Shown here piece by piece: positions 1-8,651 of a stretch of 32,438 bases of DNA. The stretch is taken from the IMG/VR virus record IMGVR_UViG_3300043932_000099, positions 1 to 32,438 of that record. One strand, written 5' to 3'. A program made the translations under genes and the position numbers. The notes under the pieces are model-generated. The model was not told where the DNA came from and searched no databases. It saw only the letters and a list, made by a program, of their open reading frames with translations. Every line of letters begins with the position of its first letter. The first letter of the stretch is position 1. The stretch comes from a virus (taxonomy: Duplodnaviria; Caudoviricetes).

Positions 1-240
1 ATCATCTAAATCAGCTTGAGATTTATCATTAGATGAAGGATTATGATCATCTGTTAATCCTTTTAAATAGTCTGTAGTAGTATTTAACACTTTGGCTACT
101 GCTGCCAGAGCGTCTGAACCTGGCTTATTAGTTTTCCATTTGTAAATAGAATTTGTTCCTAATTTTGCCTTATCATTTACCTCACGAAGAGACATTTTCT
201 TTATTTTTGCTAATTTTTTAGTTCTGTCAAATTCAATCAT
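1..240 (-). CDS. CI-like XRE-family HTH repressor (5' part; continues beyond the window edge)
   Basis: Hand translation of the reverse strand from ATG at 240: MIEFDRTKKLAKIKKMSLREVNDKAKLGTNSIYKWKTNKPGSDALAAVAKVLNTTTDYLKGLTDD..., a typical XRE HTH. GGAG RBS upstream; divergent from the cro-like gene. Absent from the ORF track because it is truncated. Confidence 0.88.
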   Translation of the reverse strand, partial: MIEFDRTKKLAKIKKMSLREVNDKAKLGTNSIYKWKTNKPGSDALAAVAKVLNTTTDYLKGLTDDHNPSSNDKSQADLDD

Positions 241-296
241 ATCAAGGGTTTCTCCAATCCTTGACAAAATTATTTAGAAAATATTCTAAATATGTG

Positions 297-325
297 TTGA
301 CTATTTAGAATATTTAGGCAATAAT
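297..325 (+). promoter_or_regulatory. Rightward (lytic) sigma-A promoter
   Basis: TTGACT (297-302), 17 bp, AATAAT (320-325). Confidence 0.6.
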
Positions 326-434
326 AGTTTTGTCAACAAGTTACGAAACATTTTTAAAAACAAGTTTATAAATATAATAAATAGCATTTTTCAAGTATGG
401 GGATACTGTTTAAACGCTTATTTGTTATACATTG

Positions 435-463
435 ATATTAGTAAATTTTCTAAAATATGTCAA
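435..463 (-). promoter_or_regulatory. Leftward (cI) sigma-A promoter
   Basis: On the minus strand TTGACA (463-458), 17 bp, TAATAT (440-435). A second candidate is TTGACA (336-331), 18 bp, TATTCT (312-307). Confidence 0.6.
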
Positions 464-527
464 CAATTTCTAAACTTTTTTCTAAATAAATTTCGAAACG
501 TTAGACAGAAAGAGAGATGAAGAATAT

Positions 528-737
528 ATGCCAATTGAGGAAAGATTAGAAAATGCTAAGAATCAGGTTGAAATGGAAATAAAGACAGCTTTGTTAAGTA
601 AGAACATGACTCAATCTGAGTTAGCAGACTTGTTAGGAGAAAGTAGAACAAGGATTAATTTGGCTATTAAAGGTAATACTAATCCTAGATCAGTTAAGAT
701 TCGAAAGAAGATTTACAAAGTTTTAGGAATGGAGTGA
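528..737 (+). CDS. Cro-like XRE HTH regulator
   Basis: 69 aa with MTQSELADLLGESRTRINLAIKG HTH; first gene of the rightward operon. Confidence 0.85.
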   Translation: MPIEERLENAKNQVEMEIKTALLSKNMTQSELADLLGESRTRINLAIKGNTNPRSVKIRKKIYKVLGME

Positions 738-741
738 TCTC

Positions 742-1005
742 ATGGAGGCTGTAGAAAAAGCTAATGGATTAGTGAGCGAAGCATTTGAATTGGTTTATCA
801 AGATGCTAAATCAAAAGCTCCGAAATTAAAAAATCCAATGTATGGATATTTTAATAAAACAAAAGCTTCAGTTTACCTAGGTATTAGTCGGACTACGTTC
901 GATGTTTGGCTAAAAAAATATCAAATTCCCTACACAATGATTGATGGAATTCGTAGATATGCCAAAAAAGATTTAGATAAATTTATGGAGGAACATAAGC
1001 AATGA
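742..1005 (+). CDS. Excisionase-like / HTH_17 DNA-binding protein
   Basis: YFNKTKASVYLGISRTTFDVWLK...IPYTMIDGIRRYAKKDLDKFM is the winged HTH of the Xis/HTH_17 type. Confidence 0.75.
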   Translation: MEAVEKANGLVSEAFELVYQDAKSKAPKLKNPMYGYFNKTKASVYLGISRTTFDVWLKKYQIPYTMIDGIRRYAKKDLDKFMEEHKQ

Positions 1006-1151
1006 GTAAATGGATCAATTATAAAATTAATAAATTTATGGGCACTGATTTCACTATTAGAGAAACAGAAATCTTGAGTTTAGGTAGTATAGTCGCAGCT
1101 TTAATGATTTTTACATTCATCATGTACACAGCGATTTTTCCAAATATCTAA
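1002..1151 (+). CDS. Small single-TM membrane protein (49 aa, not in ORF track)
   Basis: MSKWINYKINKFMGTDFTIRETEILSLGSIVAALMIFTFIMYTAIFPNI*; GGAGG RBS; ATGA overlap with the upstream stop. Confidence 0.7.
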   Translation: MSKWINYKINKFMGTDFTIRETEILSLGSIVAALMIFTFIMYTAIFPNI

Positions 1152-1225
1152 GGAGGTGAGTAAAACGTTAAGCAAGACTACGATTAATAACTTAATTGCA
1201 AATAGCAATGCAATTACAGACGGAC

Positions 1226-1260
1226 AAAAAAAGTCGTTATCTGCGCCAACAGATAACGAC
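1226..1260 (-). terminator. Intrinsic terminator oriented for minus-strand transcripts
   Basis: Perfect 11-bp stem GTCGTTATCTG-CGCCAA-CAGATAACGAC preceded by A7 on the plus strand (U7 after the hairpin on the minus strand). Confidence 0.65.
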
Positions 1261-1297
1261 CAACAAAGTAAATATATTTATACAAGAGGATTATAAC

Positions 1298-1774
1298 ATG
1301 AATGTTTTCGATATTAATAACGCCATTGAAGAATTAGAACAAAAAGACTTAGATCCAGAGGTTCTAGTAGATACTATTGAAAGTTTAAAACTCACTAGAG
1401 ATCAAAAGCTTGATGGTGCAGCTGGACTATCTGACAAATATGACAGCCAAATAAAATGGGCTAAAGAACGAATGACTGAACTTAGAGAGTTCATAAAAGT
1501 GTTAACCAATAAGAAGAACCGTCTTAATAGTTTTATTACAGACGCAATGGATGATGCTGGATTAAAAGAGTTACAAACTGAACATCATATCTTAAAGCCA
1601 CGGAATTATCGTGATTCTGTGATTGTTGAAGAAGTTAAAAAGTTGCCCATCGATTATGTAGTTGAAGAAAAGACTATCAAAGCCGATAAAAAGAAACTTT
1701 ATGAAGACCTTAAGGCTGGTAAAGAAATTACCGGTGCCCACTTGAAAGCTAACAGAAAGACATTGATTAAGTAA
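1298..1774 (+). CDS. Siphovirus Gp157 family protein
   Basis: Start moved to ATG 1298 (AGAGGA RBS). Coiled-coil N-half; C-terminal 'KADKKKLYEDLKAGKEITGAHL' typical of Gp157. Confidence 0.85.
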   Translation: MNVFDINNAIEELEQKDLDPEVLVDTIESLKLTRDQKLDGAAGLSDKYDSQIKWAKERMTELREFIKVLTNKKNRLNSFITDAMDDAGLKELQTEHHILKPRNYRDSVIVEEVKKLPIDYVVEEKTIKADKKKLYEDLKAGKEITGAHLKANRKTLIK

Positions 1775-1789
1775 GAGGGGTAAAAAAAT

Positions 1790-2005
1790 ATGAAAGATTT
1801 AGAAAGACACTTTGAAGATATTAAATCAGGTAAGTTTAAGGATTACGCAATTTTAGCTATGGACGAAGACGGTAATACCCTAATTCATCTTCATGGTCGT
1901 GGCCCTGTTATTGATGGATTACTTCATGAAGCGCAATTGCAAGGTGATGATACAACTAGAAACAATTCTTTAAATCATGCACTTAAAGCTTTTCTAGGTG
2001 ACTAA
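1790..2005 (+). CDS. Hypothetical phage protein
   Basis: 71-aa ORF with GAGGGG RBS, in operon context. Confidence 0.7.
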   Translation: MKDLERHFEDIKSGKFKDYAILAMDEDGNTLIHLHGRGPVIDGLLHEAQLQGDDTTRNNSLNHALKAFLGD

Positions 2006-3392
2006 ATGTACGAATTAAGACCTTATCAAACAGACTTAATTAATAAAATTATTGGTTCAATGAAACAACATCATCGAGTAATTATTGTTCAAAGCCCACC
2101 TCGAACGGGCAAAACTGTGAGTAATGGCTGAAATAGCTAGAAGAACCACAACTAGAAATAACCGAGTTATGTTTCTAATCCACAGACGTGAAGTTTTAGA
2201 TCAAGCAGTTAAAACATTTAAAAATCAAGATGTTAATCTTGATCTTTTAACTGCTGGCATGGTTCAGACACTCACTAGAAGAGTTGACAAGTTGCCAGTA
2301 CCTGATGTGATTCTAGTGGATGAAGCCCACCACGCTTTAGCTAAGTCCTATCAAAATATTTTGAATAAGTTCCCTAAAGCAATAATATTGCTTTTCACAG
2401 CTACACCGCATAGAACAGGTCGGCAGCAGCTTGATCAAATTGCAGATGACATTATTGTTGGTCAATCAATTCATGAACTTACTGAGAAAGGATTCCTAGC
2501 ACCGTTTAAATATTTCCAGCCACCAGGTGATTTTGATGAAAAAGCCTTAAAGCGTGGAAGTACTGGAGATTATACGGCTGAATCAATGCAAGAAGCTATG
2601 TCTACTAAAATCTTTGGTCACATCGTAAAGCAATATAAAAGAATTGCTCCAGGCATGCAAGCAGTCGTTTATACATATTCAATTGATTCAGCAATAAAAA
2701 TAGCCAATGAATTCAATTCTGAGGGAATTTCGGCAATTGAAGTAGATGGAACGACTTCAAAAGAAAAACGTGATAGAGCGGTGCGGAAATTTCGAGAGAA
2801 AGGATTGCAGATCTTAGTTAACGTAAATCTTTTCACGGAGGGTGTCGATTTACCAAACGTTGATTGTGTAATTATGGCACGACCAACAGCGTCACTTGCA
2901 CTGTATTTACAGTTTTCAATGCGGTGTTTAAATCCACGTCCTGGAAAGACAGCAATCATCATTGACCACGCTAATAACTTCAAAAAATTCGGTTATCCAG
3001 ATGATGATCGAGATTGGAAACAAGCAATAAAATCTGGTAAGCAAAAGAGTAAGACTTTGTTGAAAGATCCAGGTCTATCAATTGTTACTTGTGATTATTG
3101 TTTTGCAGTGGTCAAGGCTAGTGATGTAAAAGACGGTAAATGTCCAGTATGTGGTAAGCCTATCAAAGTTCATGAAGCTAAGCCAATTAGTGATGTTGAT
3201 TTGGTTGAGGCAACTAAGGTTAGAAAAGAACGAATTAAAAAGATTATTCAAGATCAAGTAATGACCAATGTAGTTGATAAGTCAGTTGGAGAACTGAAAA
3301 CAATGCGAGAACTAGTAGCTTACGGTAAGTTACATGGCTACAGCCATGGTTGGGCTTACGTTATGGCTAAGAAGAAAGGAATATTTAAATGA
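2006..3392 (+). pseudogene. SF2 DEAH-box helicase with C-terminal Zn ribbon, split by a +1 frameshift near 2120
   Basis: ATG 2006 gives MYELRPYQ...VQSPPRTGKTV (Q motif and Walker A), then stops at 2129-2131. The remainder (DEAHH, TATP, LFTEGVDLP, CDYC/CPVC) is in the +1 frame from 2124. Confidence 0.8.
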
Positions 3393-3592
3393 TGTTTGTA
3401 ATTTTTGATAAAAACAAAAATTCCTATGTAAAGGAAATTAATAAAAGAATCGTTACTTGTTCTTATTACGTTGATACAACTAAAAATGCTAAAAGCGCAT
3501 TTAAGTTTACTAGTGAGGATTATGAGCGCTTAAGACATTTGGAGGAATTGTTAAAGTATGAGCCATATACTTTGGAATTTAGAGAGGTTTAA
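3389..3592 (+). CDS. Hypothetical phage protein
   Basis: ATGA-coupled 67-aa ORF with AAGGA RBS. Confidence 0.7.
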   Translation: MMFVIFDKNKNSYVKEINKRIVTCSYYVDTTKNAKSAFKFTSEDYERLRHLEELLKYEPYTLEFREV

Positions 3593-3595
3593 TAA

Positions 3596-3961
3596 ATGAA
3601 AGTTAAGATTATGCACCAAGAAGACTGGCGTTGCTGGGACGATCGAAAAGGAAAAATCCCTGTTTTAGAAGACCAAGTTAATAAATTTATCGCTGATAAA
3701 GAAGTAATTGATATTAAATATTCTAATTCTATATCAATGGCAGCAAACCAAGAGATGTCTGACACTGATCACGATGAAAGTGTATTAATCATCTATGATG
3801 GGGAACCAAACACAATTAGACAAAAAACTTTTGATGAATGTACACCTGACAACGAAATTAATGAATTTTTGAAAAATCACAATGTCATCAAAGTAGAACA
3901 CTTCGGAGAAAATTTTGAAGAAGTTACAACCATTGTTACTTACAGAGAGGAGAAGAAATAA
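3596..3961 (+). CDS. Hypothetical protein, probably a tandem DUF2758/Cse60-like domain
   Basis: Two similar units (LEDQVNKFIADKEVIDIKY..VLIIY and DNEINEFLKNHNVIKVEH..TIVTY); GAGG RBS. Confidence 0.6.
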   Translation: MKVKIMHQEDWRCWDDRKGKIPVLEDQVNKFIADKEVIDIKYSNSISMAANQEMSDTDHDESVLIIYDGEPNTIRQKTFDECTPDNEINEFLKNHNVIKVEHFGENFEEVTTIVTYREEKK

Positions 3962-3963
3962 AC

Positions 3964-4731
3964 ATGCTTACATTACCAAAAGTAGAAAAATTAAAGCCAA
4001 AATCACAACCCCATAACTTTTTTATCTGGGGAGAAACAATGTCAGGAAAGTCATATTTCGCAAGTTACTTTCCAAACCCACTAGTTCTTAACACCGACGG
4101 AAACAGCGAGCAGGGACAAGCTCCAAGTTTCCAGATTAGAAATATCAGAGATAAGAACGGAAAGTTACAACAATCAGCAATTAAGCAACTTGATGATATT
4201 ATCACGGCACTTCAAGTTGAAAATCCTAAGCGACCAGCTGACCAACGCTTCCAGACAATTGTCGTTGATGTAATTGATGATATTTGCGTAATGATTGAGC
4301 AAGCTATCTGTATTGATGCTGGTGTTCAAGCTTTATCCGATATTCCATATGGTAAAGGATATGCAATGTTTAATTCAGCATTACAACAATTTGTAATGGA
4401 TCTTAAAGCTTTACCAATGAATGTAATTTATATTAGCCGTGAAATTAGTACAACTGATGAAAATACAGGAGTAACTACTTACAAACAATCTTTGAAAGAT
4501 AAGTATTACAACGTCATTAACGGTAACTGTGATCTGGTTATTCGTACTTCAAAAGTTGGTGCTGGTCAAAATATTACTTACATGCGTGAAGTAAAGGCTG
4601 CTAGAACTAAATATGTTCCAGAAAATATCACAAACAAACGGGTTTTAGATTTACTGCTTACTTGTCAAGGTATGTTTAGTGATGAAGCAATTAAGAAATA
4701 TCAATCAGCTAAAAAGAAGGAGAGTAAATAA
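3964..4731 (+). CDS. Phage NTP-binding protein (AAA_24 / Sak4-like recombination ATPase)
   Basis: Walker A GETMSGKS, Walker B TIVVDVID, and 'YGKGY' motif. Confidence 0.85.
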   Translation: MLTLPKVEKLKPKSQPHNFFIWGETMSGKSYFASYFPNPLVLNTDGNSEQGQAPSFQIRNIRDKNGKLQQSAIKQLDDIITALQVENPKRPADQRFQTIVVDVIDDICVMIEQAICIDAGVQALSDIPYGKGYAMFNSALQQFVMDLKALPMNVIYISREISTTDENTGVTTYKQSLKDKYYNVINGNCDLVIRTSKVGAGQNITYMREVKAARTKYVPENITNKRVLDLLLTCQGMFSDEAIKKYQSAKKKESK

Positions 4732-5309
4732 TGGGATTAGAAGATGCGTTAAAAAAGGTCAAAAGTGAAAAATATGATCCTAAAAAGGATGATATTAGTT
4801 CAGGATTTCAACCAATTCCCGATGGTACTTACACAGTTAGTTTAAGCGGGGTTAACCATGGAGTATGGAAGAACAGCCAAACAGACTATATTAGATTTTC
4901 ATTCGATGTAGTTACTGGAGAACAAGCTGGACGACAAGAACACATTACACCAATTCTTGCAGATAAGAAATCAAATGGTGATCCAATGCCTGAAACAGTA
5001 CTTACTAGAAGTATCAAAATGGTTCAAAAAATTGGTGCAATGGTTGGTTTCGATGTTCCGGATAAAGTTTTTCTTGGTGCTAACGAAAGTGAAAACTATG
5101 AATCAATTCAAGAAGCCTTTCACAATGCAGGAGTAATTGGAAAGCTACTTAAATTAACTATTAAAAGTAGTCCCAATAAAAAAGATCCAGATCATCCTTG
5201 GCGGAACTATAAATTTGATACAACTGAACAGCCTACTACAGCTAATGTAGAAGATCCGTTTCCAGCTAGTGGAATGACTATAACTGATGATGATTTACCA
5301 TTCGAATAA
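4731..5309 (+). CDS. DUF669-type ssDNA-binding protein
   Basis: 'FQPIPDGTYTV' motif, acidic C-terminal tail DDDLPFE, directly after the Sak4-like gene. Confidence 0.8.
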   Translation: MGLEDALKKVKSEKYDPKKDDISSGFQPIPDGTYTVSLSGVNHGVWKNSQTDYIRFSFDVVTGEQAGRQEHITPILADKKSNGDPMPETVLTRSIKMVQKIGAMVGFDVPDKVFLGANESENYESIQEAFHNAGVIGKLLKLTIKSSPNKKDPDHPWRNYKFDTTEQPTTANVEDPFPASGMTITDDDLPFE

Positions 5310-5327
5310 TTTAGGAGGAACTGAACA

Positions 5328-5636
5328 ATGAATATTAAATATCCAAAAACAGAAATTATGGTTGTTTTAGGCAGTAAAGTTTATCCGCTTTATACTTGTC
5401 TTTCTGTTGATGATGTACATGATTATATGCGTACGGCGCATAGAGAAGATTTTTTAATTTTTCCTACTGCAATTAATAAAGTACATGGCAATGGCTTATG
5501 GTATCCGGGTTGTGGAACAGATCCATTTTGGACAGATTGGGAAGTTAAGAAAAATACGATTAAATCAATTATTAAATTGCCAGAACCTAAGGTGAAAATT
5601 GATTATAACGTTGATTCTGATGACTACGAATTCTAG
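5328..5636 (+). CDS. Hypothetical phage protein
   Basis: 102-aa ORF with a strong AGGAGG RBS. Confidence 0.75.
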   Translation: MNIKYPKTEIMVVLGSKVYPLYTCLSVDDVHDYMRTAHREDFLIFPTAINKVHGNGLWYPGCGTDPFWTDWEVKKNTIKSIIKLPEPKVKIDYNVDSDDYEF

Positions 5637-5638
5637 CT

Positions 5639-6448
5639 ATGTTAGTTAATTTAGTAAACTATGCCATAAACTACGCAGAAAAAGGATTTTCAGTTATTCC
5701 GATTGGTCAGAGTAAGAAACCGTTAATCAAGTTTGCTGGAAAACCACCACTTACTCCTGATGAAATTAGAAAAATATGGCAAAAATATCCTTTAGCAAAT
5801 ATTGCACTGAAAACAGATAAATTCTTTGTGATTGATGTTGATCGTCATTCTGGTGAAGTTGATGGTATGGAATCAATCAAGGAATTGCATCATGATGAGT
5901 GGTTTAAAGATACACTTACTGAAAAAACAGCGCATGATGGTTTTCATTTCTTCTTTGCAAAGCCAAAGGATGTGAAGATCAGTCAAAATATCGGAATTTT
6001 GTCAAGTGTAGATTTAAAGGCACATGAAAATAATTATGTAGTTGTAGCTCCATCTTCATTAGGAAATAAAAAATATCGTTGGCTCAATAACTTACCGATG
6101 AAAGCACCCCCGCAGGGGCTGCTTGATCTGATTAAAGAAAAACAGAAAGATATTCCGCCAACTAAAGTGGCTGAAGTTTTGTTAGGGATGCGAAAGCGTA
6201 CGAAGACGACAGATCTTTTTGAAACTATTATTCAAGGCTTTGGTGACAAAGGAAAACGCAATGATAATCTGGCTAGTTTTATGGGCGGATTGCTTATGCG
6301 CAATGTTAATCCTTATGTAGCTGCTAAATTAGCAGTGATTGCCAACGATAATACGGCCGATCCACTGCCACTAAATGAAGTTGAACGCACCGTTAATTCG
6401 ATGATTGAAAAAGAAAATAGAAAGAGGGAGGGGGTGCCAAGTGAGTGA
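5639..6448 (+). CDS. Bifunctional DNA primase/polymerase (Prim-Pol with PriCT-1)
   Basis: KKPL, VIDVD, TAHDGFHFFF motifs and a C-terminal GKRNDNLASFMG...PLPLNEVERTVNS. Confidence 0.9.
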   Translation: MLVNLVNYAINYAEKGFSVIPIGQSKKPLIKFAGKPPLTPDEIRKIWQKYPLANIALKTDKFFVIDVDRHSGEVDGMESIKELHHDEWFKDTLTEKTAHDGFHFFFAKPKDVKISQNIGILSSVDLKAHENNYVVVAPSSLGNKKYRWLNNLPMKAPPQGLLDLIKEKQKDIPPTKVAEVLLGMRKRTKTTDLFETIIQGFGDKGKRNDNLASFMGGLLMRNVNPYVAAKLAVIANDNTADPLPLNEVERTVNSMIEKENRKREGVPSE

Positions 6449-7755
6449 TGACAAAAAAAATAATCAACATTAATAAAAAAGAAGCTGATCAACTTGAAAA
6501 GACTGAAAATATTCCGTCACCCTTTGAGTTAACAAACAGTAATACTTTAAAAGCTAATTCTGTAAAGAATGCTGTCTTAATTCTTAATGGTGATAAAAAC
6601 TTACAAGGCTTATTCAAATTTAATGAGTTTACTCAAGAAGTTGATGTAGTTAGGAATGGTGAGTTAAAAACTATGCTTGGTACTCTCAAAATTGAAAAAG
6701 GTCAATTTACAGATCAAGTGACTAACTCAATTGAACTGTATATTGAAAGCTCAAAAGATTATACAGGCGTCGCTTTTAAAAATTCATTGTTAGATCAGGC
6801 TATTCAAAATGTTGCTTACATGAACTCGTATAATCCGGTTATTGATTATATGAATCACGCTTATGCTCATTGGGATAAAAAGCGCCGTTTAGATAAGTTC
6901 TTTCCTGAATTTCTAGGTGCAGAAGATACAGAAACCACACGATTAATTACAAGATTATTTTTTATGGGTGTGGTTGCAAAGATTTATAAGCCTGAAACTA
7001 AATTCGACTTCGTGCTTGATATTGTTGGTGGTCAAGGTGTTGGTAAGACTTCACTTTTACAAAACATTGCACCTCTTGGACTATATACAGATCAATTCAA
7101 CTCTTTTACCAATAAAGATGACTTTGCTGTTATGAAAAATGCTGTGATTGTTAATGACGATGAAATGACAGCTAGTAATGCAGCTAAATTTGAAGAAGTT
7201 AAAAAGTTCATTACTATGCAAGTGTTTGAATACCGTAAAGCTTACGCACGTAAGGCTGAAAAATTTAAAAAGAAGTTTGTCATGGCTAGAACAACTAATG
7301 AAGTTCGGCACTTAAAAGATCGAAGTGGTGATCGTAGATTTATTTCAATTTATGCCAACAAAAAGCGACAGCTAAAAAATCCAGTTACTGATTTAATTCC
7401 TGAATATGTAGAACAATTATGGGGTGAAGCAGTTTATTTATACAAGATTGCTAAAGATCCATTTTTATTAACTCCACATCAAGAAGAATTGCTTAAAGAA
7501 AATCGTGAACAATTCCGTTACACTTCTGGTCTTGAAGACCAGTTGATGGATGTTCTTGAGAATCAATTTAAGGATAAAGACTTCATTTCAAACAACGATT
7601 TATCTTTTGCTGTTTTTGCAGATGATGAAGCTCTTAATAAAAATAATAAAGATACCAGAGACATCAGATATTTTATGGAACACTTAGGTTATCGAGTTGG
7701 TGCGAGAAAACGTATAAATGGTGTAAGAATACGTGGATTTGCTAAAAATGGTTAG
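6445..7755 (+). CDS. VirE/VapE-type P-loop replicative helicase
   Basis: FDFVLDIVGGQGVGKTS Walker A, NDDEM, ARTTN and DRSGDRRF motifs. Exact start uncertain (see findings). Confidence 0.88.
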   Translation: MMTKKIININKKEADQLEKTENIPSPFELTNSNTLKANSVKNAVLILNGDKNLQGLFKFNEFTQEVDVVRNGELKTMLGTLKIEKGQFTDQVTNSIELYIESSKDYTGVAFKNSLLDQAIQNVAYMNSYNPVIDYMNHAYAHWDKKRRLDKFFPEFLGAEDTETTRLITRLFFMGVVAKIYKPETKFDFVLDIVGGQGVGKTSLLQNIAPLGLYTDQFNSFTNKDDFAVMKNAVIVNDDEMTASNAAKFEEVKKFITMQVFEYRKAYARKAEKFKKKFVMARTTNEVRHLKDRSGDRRFISIYANKKRQLKNPVTDLIPEYVEQLWGEAVYLYKIAKDPFLLTPHQEELLKENREQFRYTSGLEDQLMDVLENQFKDKDFISNNDLSFAVFADDEALNKNNKDTRDIRYFMEHLGYRVGARKRINGVRIRGFAKNG

Positions 7756-8000
7756 CATACTGGGCCAAAAGACCTACTAACTGTCCATAGCTGTGATGAT
7801 TGATATGGTTGATGTTGGGTTAAATATGGGTTAGTGTCCCAGTAAATATTAATAAACTTTTTTATTTATAAAAAAGGATGAAATAGACGGCTTAATAAAA
7901 GTTGAGACGATTTTTACTGTCCACTGGGACAGAGGTGGGTAAAACTCTTGGAAGAGTAAGGATTTAAAGTGGGACAGTAATTAATTATTATTAGCCCAGG
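7756..8000. other. Putative phage replication origin
   Basis: Non-coding gap after the helicase with TGTCC/GGGACA repeats in both orientations (7782, 7835, 7918, 7926, 7971) and TGG(G)TTA-like repeats around an AT-rich core (~7842-7876). Confidence 0.6.
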
Positions 8001-8010
8001 AGACTTTAGT

Positions 8011-8199
8011 ATGAATATGGTAATGACATTTAATGACGCTAAAGGAGCGTTATATCTGATAATTTTTTTATTACTTGTTTGGTCTGGATATAATTCAGAA
8101 CATTCAAATAATGAAAAATTACAAACTGTAACTTCTTTTTGGTTAGGATCAATGATTTTTATGGTGCTGTTTTATATCGTATTTAGCACTAATAAATAG
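8011..8199 (+). CDS. Small 2-TM membrane protein
   Basis: Two hydrophobic stretches; AGGAG RBS. Confidence 0.7.
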   Translation: MNMVMTFNDAKGALYLIIFLLLVWSGYNSEHSNNEKLQTVTSFWLGSMIFMVLFYIVFSTNK

Positions 8200-8214
8200 A
8201 AATGGAATTTAATA

Positions 8215-8451
8215 ATGAAACAATTGAAACTGCCCGATGTGGGCGATCATCTTTTGTTAAAAATTAAAGATGTACCATTACCTCCACATGAAGTTTTATT
8301 AACTTCAATTGGAGACGAAGAGTATTGCGCAATAGATTTAAAAACGAGTGAAGGAATTACTTGTGAAGATGAGTTAGTTTGTTGCGACTCAATTCCTGAG
8401 CTTTTAGGTGAAATACAAAAACATTGTGATATTTATTTTATGGAGGATTAA
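8215..8451 (+). CDS. Hypothetical phage protein
   Basis: 78-aa acidic, Cys-containing ORF in a tightly packed operon. Confidence 0.65.
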   Translation: MKQLKLPDVGDHLLLKIKDVPLPPHEVLLTSIGDEEYCAIDLKTSEGITCEDELVCCDSIPELLGEIQKHCDIYFMED

Positions 8452-8453
8452 TC

Positions 8454-8651
8454 ATGCAAGGTAAAGTAATTATTTTTAAAGGAAATATCAAGTCATTTAA
8501 GACATCAGGGGGGGAGGTAACCCTTCAAATTACTGCTGATACTAATGATGTATCACTAGATAGACTTAATGAGATTAGTGAAGGAATGGTAATGGTTAAC
8601 CTTGAAGCTAGTCAAACAGAATTATTAACTCAAGAAAGTGAGAAGAAGTAA
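8454..8651 (+). CDS. Hypothetical phage protein
   Basis: 65-aa ORF with GGAGG RBS. Confidence 0.7.
   Translation: MQGKVIIFKGNIKSFKTSGGEVTLQITADTNDVSLDRLNEISEGMVMVNLEASQTELLTQESEKK

Larger units (their letters stand above)
271..486. promoter_or_regulatory. Lysis/lysogeny switch operators
   Basis: Near-perfect palindrome TATTTAGAAAATATTCTAAATA (271-292). Half-sites TTTAGAA (273, 304) and TTCTAAA (284, 448, 468, 480) overlap or flank the predicted promoters. Confidence 0.7.

Noticed and set aside
241-527. LexA/SOS box in the switch region
   Set aside because: No match to the Firmicutes CGAAC-N4-GTTCG consensus; only partial CGAAAC sequences.
1196-1297. TTG-started N-terminal extension of Gp157 in the ORF track
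   Set aside because: No RBS and it runs through the hairpin; ATG 1298 has a proper RBS and gives the usual family length.
8508-8514. G7 tract as a phase-variation switch
   Set aside because: Short, in frame (Gly-Gly-Glu), and no evidence of length variation from a single sequence.
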